A stretch of 12,452 nucleotides of DNA from Candidatus Eiseniibacteriota bacterium (GTDB lineage: Bacteria > Eisenbacteria > RBG-16-71-46 > DASYSL01), in NCBI GenBank assembly GCA_046598045.1, contig JBKJJJ010000164.1:1-12452 (forward strand), written 5' to 3'. Below, piece by piece: positions 1 through 6,820 of this stretch. Made by a program: the position numbers and the translations under genes. How positions within the stretch are numbered: position 1 is the stretch's first letter; every line of letters starts with the position of its first letter. Under the pieces are notes generated by a model that saw only the letters and a program-made list of their open reading frames with translations, was not told the origin of the DNA and searched no databases.

Positions 1-528
1 CAGCAGGCACGACTTGACCTGGGCGCTCGCGACCGGCAGCACGTGGTGCATGCCGCGCATTGCGCCCGTCCGGCCCGTCACCTCGAGCGGCGGCCGCCCG
101 TCCTCGCCGAGCGCCACGACGTCGGCGCCCATCGCGCGCAGCGGCTCGACGATGCGGCGCATCGGGCGCGTGCGCAAGGAGGCGTCGCCCGTGAGCGTGA
201 CGCGCACGTTGCGCCCCGCGAGCACGCCGGCGAGGAGCCTGAGCCCCGTTCCCGAATTTCCGAGGTCGATCGGTCCCGGCGGCGGGACGAATCCCTCCGG
301 CCGCCCCGCGATGCGCACCGAGCCCCCGGTCCCGCGCTCGATCGCCACGCCGAGCGCGCCGAGCGCGGCGAGCGTCGCCGCGCAGTCGGCGCCCGCGTTC
401 GCGCCCTCGACCGTGGTCGTCCCGTCGGCGATGGCGGAAAGAAGATACGCCCGGTGGGTGACGCTCTTGTCCCCGGGCACCTCGACCGTGCCCGCGATCC
501 TGCGCACGGGATCGAAGACGAGGTCCAC
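1..528 (-). CDS. aroA: 3-phosphoshikimate 1-carboxyvinyltransferase (EPSP synthase, class II type); 5' part only, runs off the window
   Basis: Manual translation from GTG at 528: MDLVFDPVRRIAGTVEVPGDKSVTHRA...DLGNSGTGLRLLAG...GDASLRTRPMRRIVEPL...PVASAQVKSCLL. PGDKS, GNSGT, GDxSLxxRPM and SAQVKS are EPSPS signatures. Starts 1 nt after the hisC stop. Not in the ORF track because there is no stop in the window. Confidence 0.96.
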   Translation of the reverse strand, partial: MDLVFDPVRRIAGTVEVPGDKSVTHRAYLLSAIADGTTTVEGANAGADCAATLAALGALGVAIERGTGGSVRIAGRPEGFVPPPGPIDLGNSGTGLRLLAGVLAGRNVRVTLTGDASLRTRPMRRIVEPLRAMGADVVALGEDGRPPLEVTGRTGAMRGMHHVLPVASAQVKSCLL

Positions 529-529
529 G

Positions 530-1639
530 CTAGGCCGCGCCCCGGAGCGCGGCGGAAAGCACTTCGATCAGCCGGGCGTGCTCGGGCTTGCTTCCCACGC
601 CGATGCGGACGAAGCGCGGGTCCATGCCGAAGGACTCCAGGTTGCGCACCAGCACGCCGCTCGCGGCCAGGGCGGCGCAAAGCGGCCGGGCGTCGTGCGC
701 GAACTCCGCGAGCACGAAGTTGGTGTGCGACGGCCAACTCCGGATTCCGAGCGCGGCGAGGTCCTCCGCCAGCGCCGCCCGCCCCTCGCGGGCGAGCGCC
801 CGGCTGGCATCGACGTGCGCGGGATCCTCGAGCGCCGCGAGGGCGGCCGCCTGGGCGACCCGGCCGACGTTGAACGGCAGGCGCACGCGCTCGAGCAGCG
901 CCGCCCACTCGGGGCGCGCGACCGCATAGCCGATGCGCAGCCCGGCGAGCGAATGGATCTTCGAGAACGTGCGCAGTACGTAGAGCGGCCGCGCATGCGC
1001 AAGCTGATCGAGCGTGCGCGGGTACGCAGGGTCCTCGACGTACTCGGCGTAGGCCTCGTCGCACACCACGACCACCCGTTCGGGAACGCTAGCGAGGAAA
1101 CGCTCGAACGCCGCGTGTCCGATCAACGCGCCGGTCGGGTTGTTCGGGTTGCAGAGGAAGACCATGCGCGTGCGCGGGCCGATCGCCGCCGCCATGGCGC
1201 CCAGGTCGTGTGCGTAGCCCGACTCCGCGCCCGGCACGGGGACGACGTGGCCGCCCAGCTTGCGCACGGCGGGGCCGTACATGACGAACGTGGGATGCGC
1301 GGTCACGACCTCGTCGCCGGGCCGGATGAACACCTGGGCGAGCAGGTCGATCAGCTCATTCGACCCGGCGCCGAGCGCGAGGTGGCCCGTCGTCACGCCC
1401 AGCAAGTCCGCCAGCCGGCGCTTGAGGTCGCCACCGGCCGCGTCCGGGTAACGGTGGCCCCGCAGGGCCGCGAGCGCGATCGCTGCGAGCACCCGGGGTG
1501 ACGGCCCGAGCGCGTTCTCGTTCGCGCCCAGTTCGACGAGGCCGGCCGCGTCCGTGGGCGCGCTCGCCGGCGGTGCGGCGGCCACGGGCGCGAGCTGCGC
1601 GAGCTCGGGGCGCGCCAGCGCGAGCGGGTCGAACGCCAC
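530..1639 (-). CDS. hisC: Histidinol-phosphate / aromatic aminotransferase (fold type I, subfamily I-beta)
   Basis: 369 aa with NENxxGPSP, RYPD, GSNELI, CNPNNPTG, DEAY and the PLP-lysine motif RTFSKIHSLAGLRIG. Confidence 0.92.
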   Translation of the reverse strand: MAFDPLALARPELAQLAPVAAAPPASAPTDAAGLVELGANENALGPSPRVLAAIALAALRGHRYPDAAGGDLKRRLADLLGVTTGHLALGAGSNELIDLLAQVFIRPGDEVVTAHPTFVMYGPAVRKLGGHVVPVPGAESGYAHDLGAMAAAIGPRTRMVFLCNPNNPTGALIGHAAFERFLASVPERVVVVCDEAYAEYVEDPAYPRTLDQLAHARPLYVLRTFSKIHSLAGLRIGYAVARPEWAALLERVRLPFNVGRVAQAAALAALEDPAHVDASRALAREGRAALAEDLAALGIRSWPSHTNFVLAEFAHDARPLCAALAASGVLVRNLESFGMDPRFVRIGVGSKPEHARLIEVLSAALRGAA

Positions 1640-1646
1640 CGCCGCC

Positions 1647-2276
1647 CTACTTCTTCTTGGGCGTCGCGCGGCGCGCCGGCGCGCGCTTCGGGGTCACGCG
1701 CTTCGCGTGCAGGACCTTCTTCGCGGGCGCCTTGGCGCGGGCCGCCTTTCGCGCCGCCGTCTTCTTCGTCGCCGCCTTGCGGGCGGCCACCTTCTTGCGC
1801 GCCGCCTTGCCGACCGCCGCCTTGCGCACGATCGGCCTGGTTGCGGCGGCCCGGACCGCCCGGCCGGCTCCCGCCGCTGCGCGCGCGAGCGCCGCGGCCC
1901 GGCCGCGCAGCGCGCGCCAGGCGACGAACTCGTCGAGCAACGCGCGCGCCCCCGCATCGAGCCCGGTGAAGCAGCACGCGAGCTGGTAGCGCTTGCGCCC
2001 GCGCACTGCGGGCAAAGCCTCGCAGCGCACGACCACGCCCTCGCAGCGCAGCATGCGCGTGCGATCGCCCGGCCCGAACGCGGGCAGGATCACCGTCAGC
2101 GCCACCTTGGACAGGGGCGCGAGGTACTCGGGGCTCTCGCAGTAGACGCCCCCGCGGCTGATGTTGAGGCTCTCGGTGGTGACCAGCGCCTCGCCGAGCG
2201 TCTCCTCCGCGAGTTGCATCGCGAGGCGCGCCTCGACGCGCGGGTGCTGGCGCTTGTCGCTGCCGCGTTTCGCCAT
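1647..2276 (-). CDS. PilZ-domain (c-di-GMP-binding) protein with a C-terminal histone-H1-like Lys/Ala/Arg-rich tail
   Basis: RxxxR (R9-QHP-R13) and [D/N]xSxxG (N38-ISRGG) motifs. About 85 C-terminal residues are KAA/KK repeats. The ATG overlaps the rnr stop (TGATG). Confidence 0.85.
   Translation of the reverse strand: MAKRGSDKRQHPRVEARLAMQLAEETLGEALVTTESLNISRGGVYCESPEYLAPLSKVALTVILPAFGPGDRTRMLRCEGVVVRCEALPAVRGRKRYQLACCFTGLDAGARALLDEFVAWRALRGRAAALARAAAGAGRAVRAAATRPIVRKAAVGKAARKKVAARKAATKKTAARKAARAKAPAKKVLHAKRVTPKRAPARRATPKKK
1735..1830 (-). repeat. Degenerate ~15-nt coding repeat (KAAxx pentapeptide) in the PilZ protein tail
   Basis: gccgccttgc recurs at 1771, 1801 and 1816, with variants at 1741 and 1756. 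Encodes RKAAVGKAARKKVAARKAATKKTAARKAAR. Confidence 0.7.
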
Positions 2277-4192
2277 CAGCGTCCCCTCCCTTTAGCGTTG
2301 CGTTTCGACGTGCGGCCCTTCGAGGCGGCGGCGTGCCGCGCGGTCTTCGGAGCCCGCTTCGATTTCGACTTCCGTCCCCCGTGCGCTCGCGCGCCCGCAG
2401 GCCGGTCCAGCGACAACTCGAGTTCCCGGGCCGCGAGGTCCACGCGCGCGAGCCGGACTTCGATCCGGTCCCCGAGCGAGAACTTCCGGCGCGTGCGTCG
2501 CCCGGTCAGGCGAACCCCGGCCTCGTCCATCGTGAAATCGTCGTCCACCCACGCGCCGACGCGCAGGAAGCCGTCCACCGGCACCTCGAGCAACTCGACG
2601 AAGACGCCCACCGGCACGATGCCGGTGATCGTGCCCTCGTGCACCTCGCCCAGGCGGTCCATGACGAAGCGCAGCGCCTTGACGCGCGTGGATTCGCGCT
2701 CCGCTTCCTGCGCGGTCTGCTCGCGGCCGCTGGTGTGGAGCGCGAGCCCCGCCACATCGTCCGCCCGGCCCCCCGCGGGATTGGCCCCGGCGGCGTGGCC
2801 GAGCCAGCCCTTGACCTCGCGGTGGTTGAACAGGTCCGGGTAGCGCCGGATCGGCGAGGTGAAGTGACAGTACCCCCGCGCCGCCAACCCGAAGTGCCCG
2901 GCGTCCGACTCGGCATACGACGCGCGCGCCAGCGTGCGCAACACCAGCGTGTGCACGATACGCTTCTTCTCGGGCGCGAGCGAGGTCCTGAGCAGGCGCT
3001 GGAGCGCCTCGGCCACCCCGCCCGAGCCGTCGAGCCGGGGGAGCCCGAGCGCGGAGAGCATGGCCTCGAGCGCCGCCAGCTTGGAGAGCGAAGGCGGCGG
3101 GTGCACCCGAAACAGGAACGGGCCGCCCCGGCGCTCGCCCTCCTCGCCCACCAGCAGGTTGGCGAGCAGCATGAACTCCTCGATCAGCTCCATGGTCTGC
3201 AGGCGATCCCGGCGCCCGACCGCGATCGTGTTGCCCTCGGCGTCGACCTCAACCTTGGTCTCGGGGACGTCGAGGTCGAGCGCGCCGCGCTTCATCCGGC
3301 GCTCGCGCAGCTTGAGCGCGATCGACGCCAGCTCGGTGAGCGCGCGCACGACCTCGTGCGGGAGCGCCCCGCGGGCTGCCGCGTCTCCGTCGAGCACCGC
3401 CTGGCCGGCTTCGTAGGACAGCCGGGCGCGGCTCACGATGTACCCCTCGGTGATCCGGTAGCGCGTGACGCCGGCCCGGCCGTCCATCTCCGCCAGCACG
3501 GACATGGTGTTCCTGCCGACGTTCGGGACGAGCGAGCACAGGTCGCTCGAGAGCGCGTGCGGCAGCATCGGGACGACGCCCCCCGCGAGATAGACGCTGG
3601 TGGCGCGCTCCCTGGCCTCGTCGTCGAGCGGGGTGCCGGGCTGGACGTAGTGCGCGACGTCGGCGATGTGGATGCCGACCTCGCAGCCCCCGCCCTCGAG
3701 CGCGCGCCACGACAGGGCGTCGTCGAAGTCGCGCGCGTCCACCGGGTCCATGGTGAAGGTCGGACGGTCGGTCAGGTCGAGCCGGCCGGTGGAGGGGTCG
3801 AACTGCGGCGGGCCATGGCTCGCGGCCGCTGCCTCGGCGGCGAGGCTGAAGCCGCTCGCCAGCCGGTGGCGGGACGCCACCGCGAGGTCATCGAGGCGGG
3901 GATCGTCCTCGGCCCCGAACACCTCGATCAGCAGGGCGTCCTCGCGGTCCGCGAACAGCTCCGCGACCACGAAGTCCCCGGGTTGGGCGGCGAGGCCCGC
4001 CGGGACGGTCAACGGTCGCTTGCCGCCGCGCATGCGCCGCGCGGGCACGAACGCCGGCCGGCTGCGGTGCCACTCGACGTGGCCGAGGACGCGTTCGCCC
4101 CGGCTCTCCCCCCCGCGCGTGGCGGTTCCGCGGCGCGGACCGCCTTCACCGCGGATCGGGCGCGCGAGCGGCGCGCGCCGCGATCCGGGCAT
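2276..4192 (-). CDS. rnr: Ribonuclease R (RNB/RNase II family 3'-5' exoribonuclease with S1 domain and basic tail)
   Basis: Catalytic TMDPVDARDFDDALS, VGIHIADV, LIEEFMLLAN, HFGLA...YCHFTSPIRRYPDL, a C-terminal S1 domain and a K/R-rich tail. The ATG overlaps the upstream small-ORF stop (TGATG). The N-terminal region is shorter than in E. coli RNase R. Confidence 0.9.
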   Translation of the reverse strand: MPGSRRAPLARPIRGEGGPRRGTATRGGESRGERVLGHVEWHRSRPAFVPARRMRGGKRPLTVPAGLAAQPGDFVVAELFADREDALLIEVFGAEDDPRLDDLAVASRHRLASGFSLAAEAAAASHGPPQFDPSTGRLDLTDRPTFTMDPVDARDFDDALSWRALEGGGCEVGIHIADVAHYVQPGTPLDDEARERATSVYLAGGVVPMLPHALSSDLCSLVPNVGRNTMSVLAEMDGRAGVTRYRITEGYIVSRARLSYEAGQAVLDGDAAARGALPHEVVRALTELASIALKLRERRMKRGALDLDVPETKVEVDAEGNTIAVGRRDRLQTMELIEEFMLLANLLVGEEGERRGGPFLFRVHPPPSLSKLAALEAMLSALGLPRLDGSGGVAEALQRLLRTSLAPEKKRIVHTLVLRTLARASYAESDAGHFGLAARGYCHFTSPIRRYPDLFNHREVKGWLGHAAGANPAGGRADDVAGLALHTSGREQTAQEAERESTRVKALRFVMDRLGEVHEGTITGIVPVGVFVELLEVPVDGFLRVGAWVDDDFTMDEAGVRLTGRRTRRKFSLGDRIEVRLARVDLAARELELSLDRPAGARAHGGRKSKSKRAPKTARHAAASKGRTSKRNAKGRGR

Positions 4193-4287
4193 CAGACGTT
4201 CTTCTTCTTGTGGCGATTCTTGCGCAGGCGCTTCTTGCGCTTGTGCGTGGCGATCTTCTTGCGCTTCCGTTTCTTGCCAGAACCCAT
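4192..4287 (-). CDS. Small basic protein of the 30S ribosomal protein bS22 / AURKAIP1-COX24 (DUF1713) family, 31 aa
   Basis: Manual translation: MGSGKKRKRKKIATHKRKKRLRKNRHKKKNV*. AGGAGG lies upstream and the TGA overlaps the rnr ATG. Fits the FCB-type M(P/G)SGKKRKR.K.ATHKRKKR pattern. Confidence 0.85.
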   Translation of the reverse strand: MGSGKKRKRKKIATHKRKKRLRKNRHKKKNV

Positions 4288-4318
4288 GCGGCCTATCCCC
4301 TCCTGTTCTGCGATGACT

Positions 4319-4621
4319 TCAAGACGGCGTCGGCGCCTCGGGCGTACCGGAGGCAATGTGAGCCTTCAACTCCTTGGAGGGCTTGAATACCGGCACGAGC
4401 TTCGCCGGCACCATGACCTCCTCCCCGCTGCGCGGATTGCGCGCGCGGCGGGCTCGTCGTTCCCGCACCTTGAAGGTGCCGAAACCCCGAATCTCGAGGT
4501 GGCTTCCCTCCGACAGCGCGCGGCACACGGCGTCGAGCAGGTCGTCCACGATCAAAGCGGTATGGTTCTTGGAGACTCCCGTACGCGAGGCGATTTCTTC
4601 GACCAGGTCCGCTTTGGTCAT
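4319..4621 (-). CDS. HU/IHF-family DNA-binding protein (most like IHF beta)
   Basis: MTKADLVEEI...LEIRGFGTF...RARNPRSGE...PVFKPSKELK. ATGA overlap with the upstream BMC-P stop; GGAGGGG upstream. Confidence 0.93.
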   Translation of the reverse strand: MTKADLVEEIASRTGVSKNHTALIVDDLLDAVCRALSEGSHLEIRGFGTFKVRERRARRARNPRSGEEVMVPAKLVPVFKPSKELKAHIASGTPEAPTPS

Positions 4622-4902
4622 GCCCGTCCCCTCCGGTCTTGCTCCACTTCGTCCACGATTCCCACGATCACGGTGCGCACCGGGCCGCGGGCGCGGGTCA
4701 GCACCTGCGCGGCCGCGTTGCCCTCGTCCACCACCAGCACACGATCCCCCTCGCCCGCGTCGACCACGTCGAGCGCCAGTCGCGGGCGACCCGAGAGCGC
4801 GCCATCCGGCCCCTCGTCCTCGACCAGCAGCAGGCGCTGGCCGTGCAGCGCCCGATGCTTGGTCGTCGCCAGCACGTTGCCGACCACGCGTCCGACCCTC
4901 AT
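4618..4902 (-). CDS. BMC-P (EutN/CcmL family) shell pentamer, third paralog
   Basis: True start is the ATG at 4902 (ATGA overlap with the previous stop), not 5133. MRVGRVVGNVLATTKH...LLLVE...ALDVVDAGEGDRVLV...IVGIVD has the EutN/CcmL pattern. Confidence 0.9.
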   Translation of the reverse strand: MRVGRVVGNVLATTKHRALHGQRLLLVEDEGPDGALSGRPRLALDVVDAGEGDRVLVVDEGNAAAQVLTRARGPVRTVIVGIVDEVEQDRRGRA

Positions 4903-5186
4903 CGCGCGTCCCGCTCGGTGACCGGCCCTTCGAGGCGGTCGACCTGGGCGACGATCGCGGCGTCGGCCGGATTGAACGCGTCGTCGATCGCCTCTGCCGC
5001 TTCGCGGCCGCGGACGAAGAACACGCGCTGGCCCTCCGCCGCGCTCGTCACGTCGAGCGCGACCAGCTTCTTGCCGATGCGCCGGCCCTGGGCGTCGAGC
5101 GGTTGCACGCGCAACAGGCGCTGGCCGTGCCACGCCGGCACCTTGAGGGTGGCGACCACCGTGCCGATGACCTCGCCGTATTCCAC
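4899..5186 (-). CDS. BMC-P (EutN/CcmL family) shell pentamer, second paralog
   Basis: (M)EYGEVIGTVVATLK...LLRVQPLD...VALD...GQRVFFVRGREAA...DAAIVAQVD. Confidence 0.88.
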   Translation of the reverse strand: MEYGEVIGTVVATLKVPAWHGQRLLRVQPLDAQGRRIGKKLVALDVTSAAEGQRVFFVRGREAAEAIDDAFNPADAAIVAQVDRLEGPVTERDAR

Positions 5187-5199
5187 GTGGGACCCGCGA

Positions 5200-5799
5200 T
5201 CAGTACAGGCGGTCGCGCACGGCCTCGGCCAGGCGCGCGATCACGGTCGCATCGACGAGGTGCGGACCGACGACGGCGCGCGCGGCGTTGACCGCGGCGT
5301 TGACATCGCTCACCGACCCGTCGAGGTACACGAAGCCCTTGCCGCCGAGGCCGTTCGCCAGCCGGATCACGCGCAGCTTCACGGGCGCGGTCTTGACTGC
5401 CTTGTCGGCCGCCAGCAGCGTCGCGGGAATGGCGTCGGTCTCGATCACGCCGAGCGCGTCGCCGGCCGGACCCTGCGCCAGGCCTTCGAGCGCCGCCAGG
5501 ACATCGGGGTGGCACTGCGGAAGCAGCAGCTGGTCGAGCAGGGCCGAACCCGCAACCTCGGCGCCCCGCCGATAGGACGCGGTCACCTCGCCCACCGAGC
5601 CGCCGAACACGACCACGAACTTGCCGGGTGAGACGGGCTCGCTGAATAGGATCTCCACGGCGGCTGTCTTGGCGACCTGGTCGGCGACTTGGACGCCGAC
5701 CGAGATGGTCGCAAGTTCGAACGCGGCCAGCGCGGTGGGGCGCGGGGCGCTCGGGGCCGCCGCCTGGGCGCGGGCACGTGGCCCGAACGCGGCGCTCAC
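5200..5799 (-). CDS. BMC-T tandem-domain shell trimer (PduT / Haliangium BMC-T1-like, single-layer type)
   Basis: Two BMC domains: ALAAFELATISVG..ADQVAKTAAV...PVSPGKF and DALGVIET..PATLLAADKAVKTAPV...RLANGLGGKG. The GTG overlaps the upstream stop (GTGA). Confidence 0.9.
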   Translation of the reverse strand: MSAAFGPRARAQAAAPSAPRPTALAAFELATISVGVQVADQVAKTAAVEILFSEPVSPGKFVVVFGGSVGEVTASYRRGAEVAGSALLDQLLLPQCHPDVLAALEGLAQGPAGDALGVIETDAIPATLLAADKAVKTAPVKLRVIRLANGLGGKGFVYLDGSVSDVNAAVNAARAVVGPHLVDATVIARLAEAVRDRLY

Positions 5800-6107
5800 G
5801 CGCGCGCCCCCACGCCGGCGCTCTTCTCGTAGACGGTCTTGCCGTCCTCCTCGACCGCGTCGACGATGCCGACCACGACCGAGTCCACCGGCTTGTCGCG
5901 CGTCGCCTCGGTCAGCCGCGCCGAGGAGCCGGCCGCGACCAGCACGACCTCGTCCCGCCCGGCGCCGACGGCATCGGCCGAGACCACGATGTGACCGGTC
6001 GGCTTCATCGCGTCGTCGAGCTCCCGCACCACGAGGAGCTTGAGGCCCGAGAGCCCCGAGTCCTTACGGGTCGAGACCACCGTGCCGACGACCTGGCCCA
6101 GGATCAC
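5796..6107 (-). CDS. BMC-P (EutN/CcmL family) shell pentamer, canonical paralog
   Basis: Start GTG at 6107 (the track's 6248 start overlaps the BMC-H gene). (M)ILGQVVGTVVSTRKD...KLLVV...DAVGAG.DEVVLV..GSSAR...PVDSVVVGIVD. Confidence 0.93.
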   Translation of the reverse strand: MILGQVVGTVVSTRKDSGLSGLKLLVVRELDDAMKPTGHIVVSADAVGAGRDEVVLVAAGSSARLTEATRDKPVDSVVVGIVDAVEEDGKTVYEKSAGVGARA

Positions 6108-6111
6108 GCGC

Positions 6112-6408
6112 CTATTTCCTCCCGGCGGCTTCGGTCTTGCCGATCGGCAGGACGTCTTCGAGCATAGGGTGCGGACGCGGGATGACGTGCACGGCGATGA
6201 CTTCGCCGACGCGCGTGGCGGCGGCCTGCCCGGCTTCGGTCGCGGCACGAACCGCGGCCACGTCTCCGCGCACGATCGTGGTCACGTACCCGCCGCCGAT
6301 CTTCTCATAGCCGACGAGCCGCACTTTCGCCGCCTTGACCATGGCGTCGGAGGCTTCGACCATCGCCACGAATCCCCGCGTTTCGATCAAGCCCAGAGCA
6401 TCTTCCAT
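6112..6408 (-). CDS. BMC-H shell hexamer (EutM/PduA/CcmK-like; close to the Haliangium ochraceum BMC-H type)
   Basis: AAGGAG 6 nt before the ATG at 6408. [52 protein letters not shown]...VHVIPRPH keeps the intact KAA and PRPH interface motifs. Confidence 0.96.
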   Translation of the reverse strand: MEDALGLIETRGFVAMVEASDAMVKAAKVRLVGYEKIGGGYVTTIVRGDVAAVRAATEAGQAAATRVGEVIAVHVIPRPHPMLEDVLPIGKTEAAGRK

Positions 6409-6431
6409 GGTCATCTCCTTGTGGGTCCGCG

Positions 6432-6707
6432 TCAGCGATCGAGGATCGCCGTATTCACCGGCTCGTAGGGCATGGGGATCACGTGCGAGGTCACGACGGC
6501 GCCCACCCGCTGCGCGGCGCGCACTCCCGCTTCGACCGCAGCCTCGACCGCGGCCACGTCGCCGCGCGCCTGGATCGTGACCATGCCCGCGTCCACGTTG
6601 GACCAGCGCGTGAGGTCGACCGCCGCGGCCTTGGCCATGGCGTCGGCCGCCTCGACGAGTGCGACCCACCCGCGGGTCTCGATCATGCCCAGTGCCTGTC
6701 GCGCCAA
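6432..6707 (-). CDS. BMC-H shell hexamer, divergent paralog
   Basis: GGGGAGG followed by TTG at 6707 gives [30 protein letters not shown]...[14 protein letters not shown]...SHVIPMPY. The track's 6785 start lies inside the promoter. Confidence 0.92.
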   Translation of the reverse strand: MARQALGMIETRGWVALVEAADAMAKAAAVDLTRWSNVDAGMVTIQARGDVAAVEAAVEAGVRAAQRVGAVVTSHVIPMPYEPVNTAILDR

Positions 6708-6775
6708 ACCTGCCTCCCCTGCCCGGGGATGGGGGATCGGCGGATGACCGAGGCCCTTCCCGGCGAAGTCGCTGG

Positions 6776-6804
6776 ACGCTAACAAACGGGGAAGATCATG
6801 TCAA
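6776..6804 (-). promoter_or_regulatory. sigma70-type promoter of the BMC-IHF-rnr operon
   Basis: Minus strand reads TTGACA-17 nt-TAGCGT with an extended -10 TG. Predicted start is ~6769, about 60 nt before the first BMC-H. Confidence 0.8.
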
Positions 6805-6820
6805 TTCGTCCATTAGGTGG

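Noticed and set aside
2279..2400. Basic C-terminal tail of RNase R as a novel feature
   Set aside because: K/R-rich C-terminal tails are a normal feature of RNase R.
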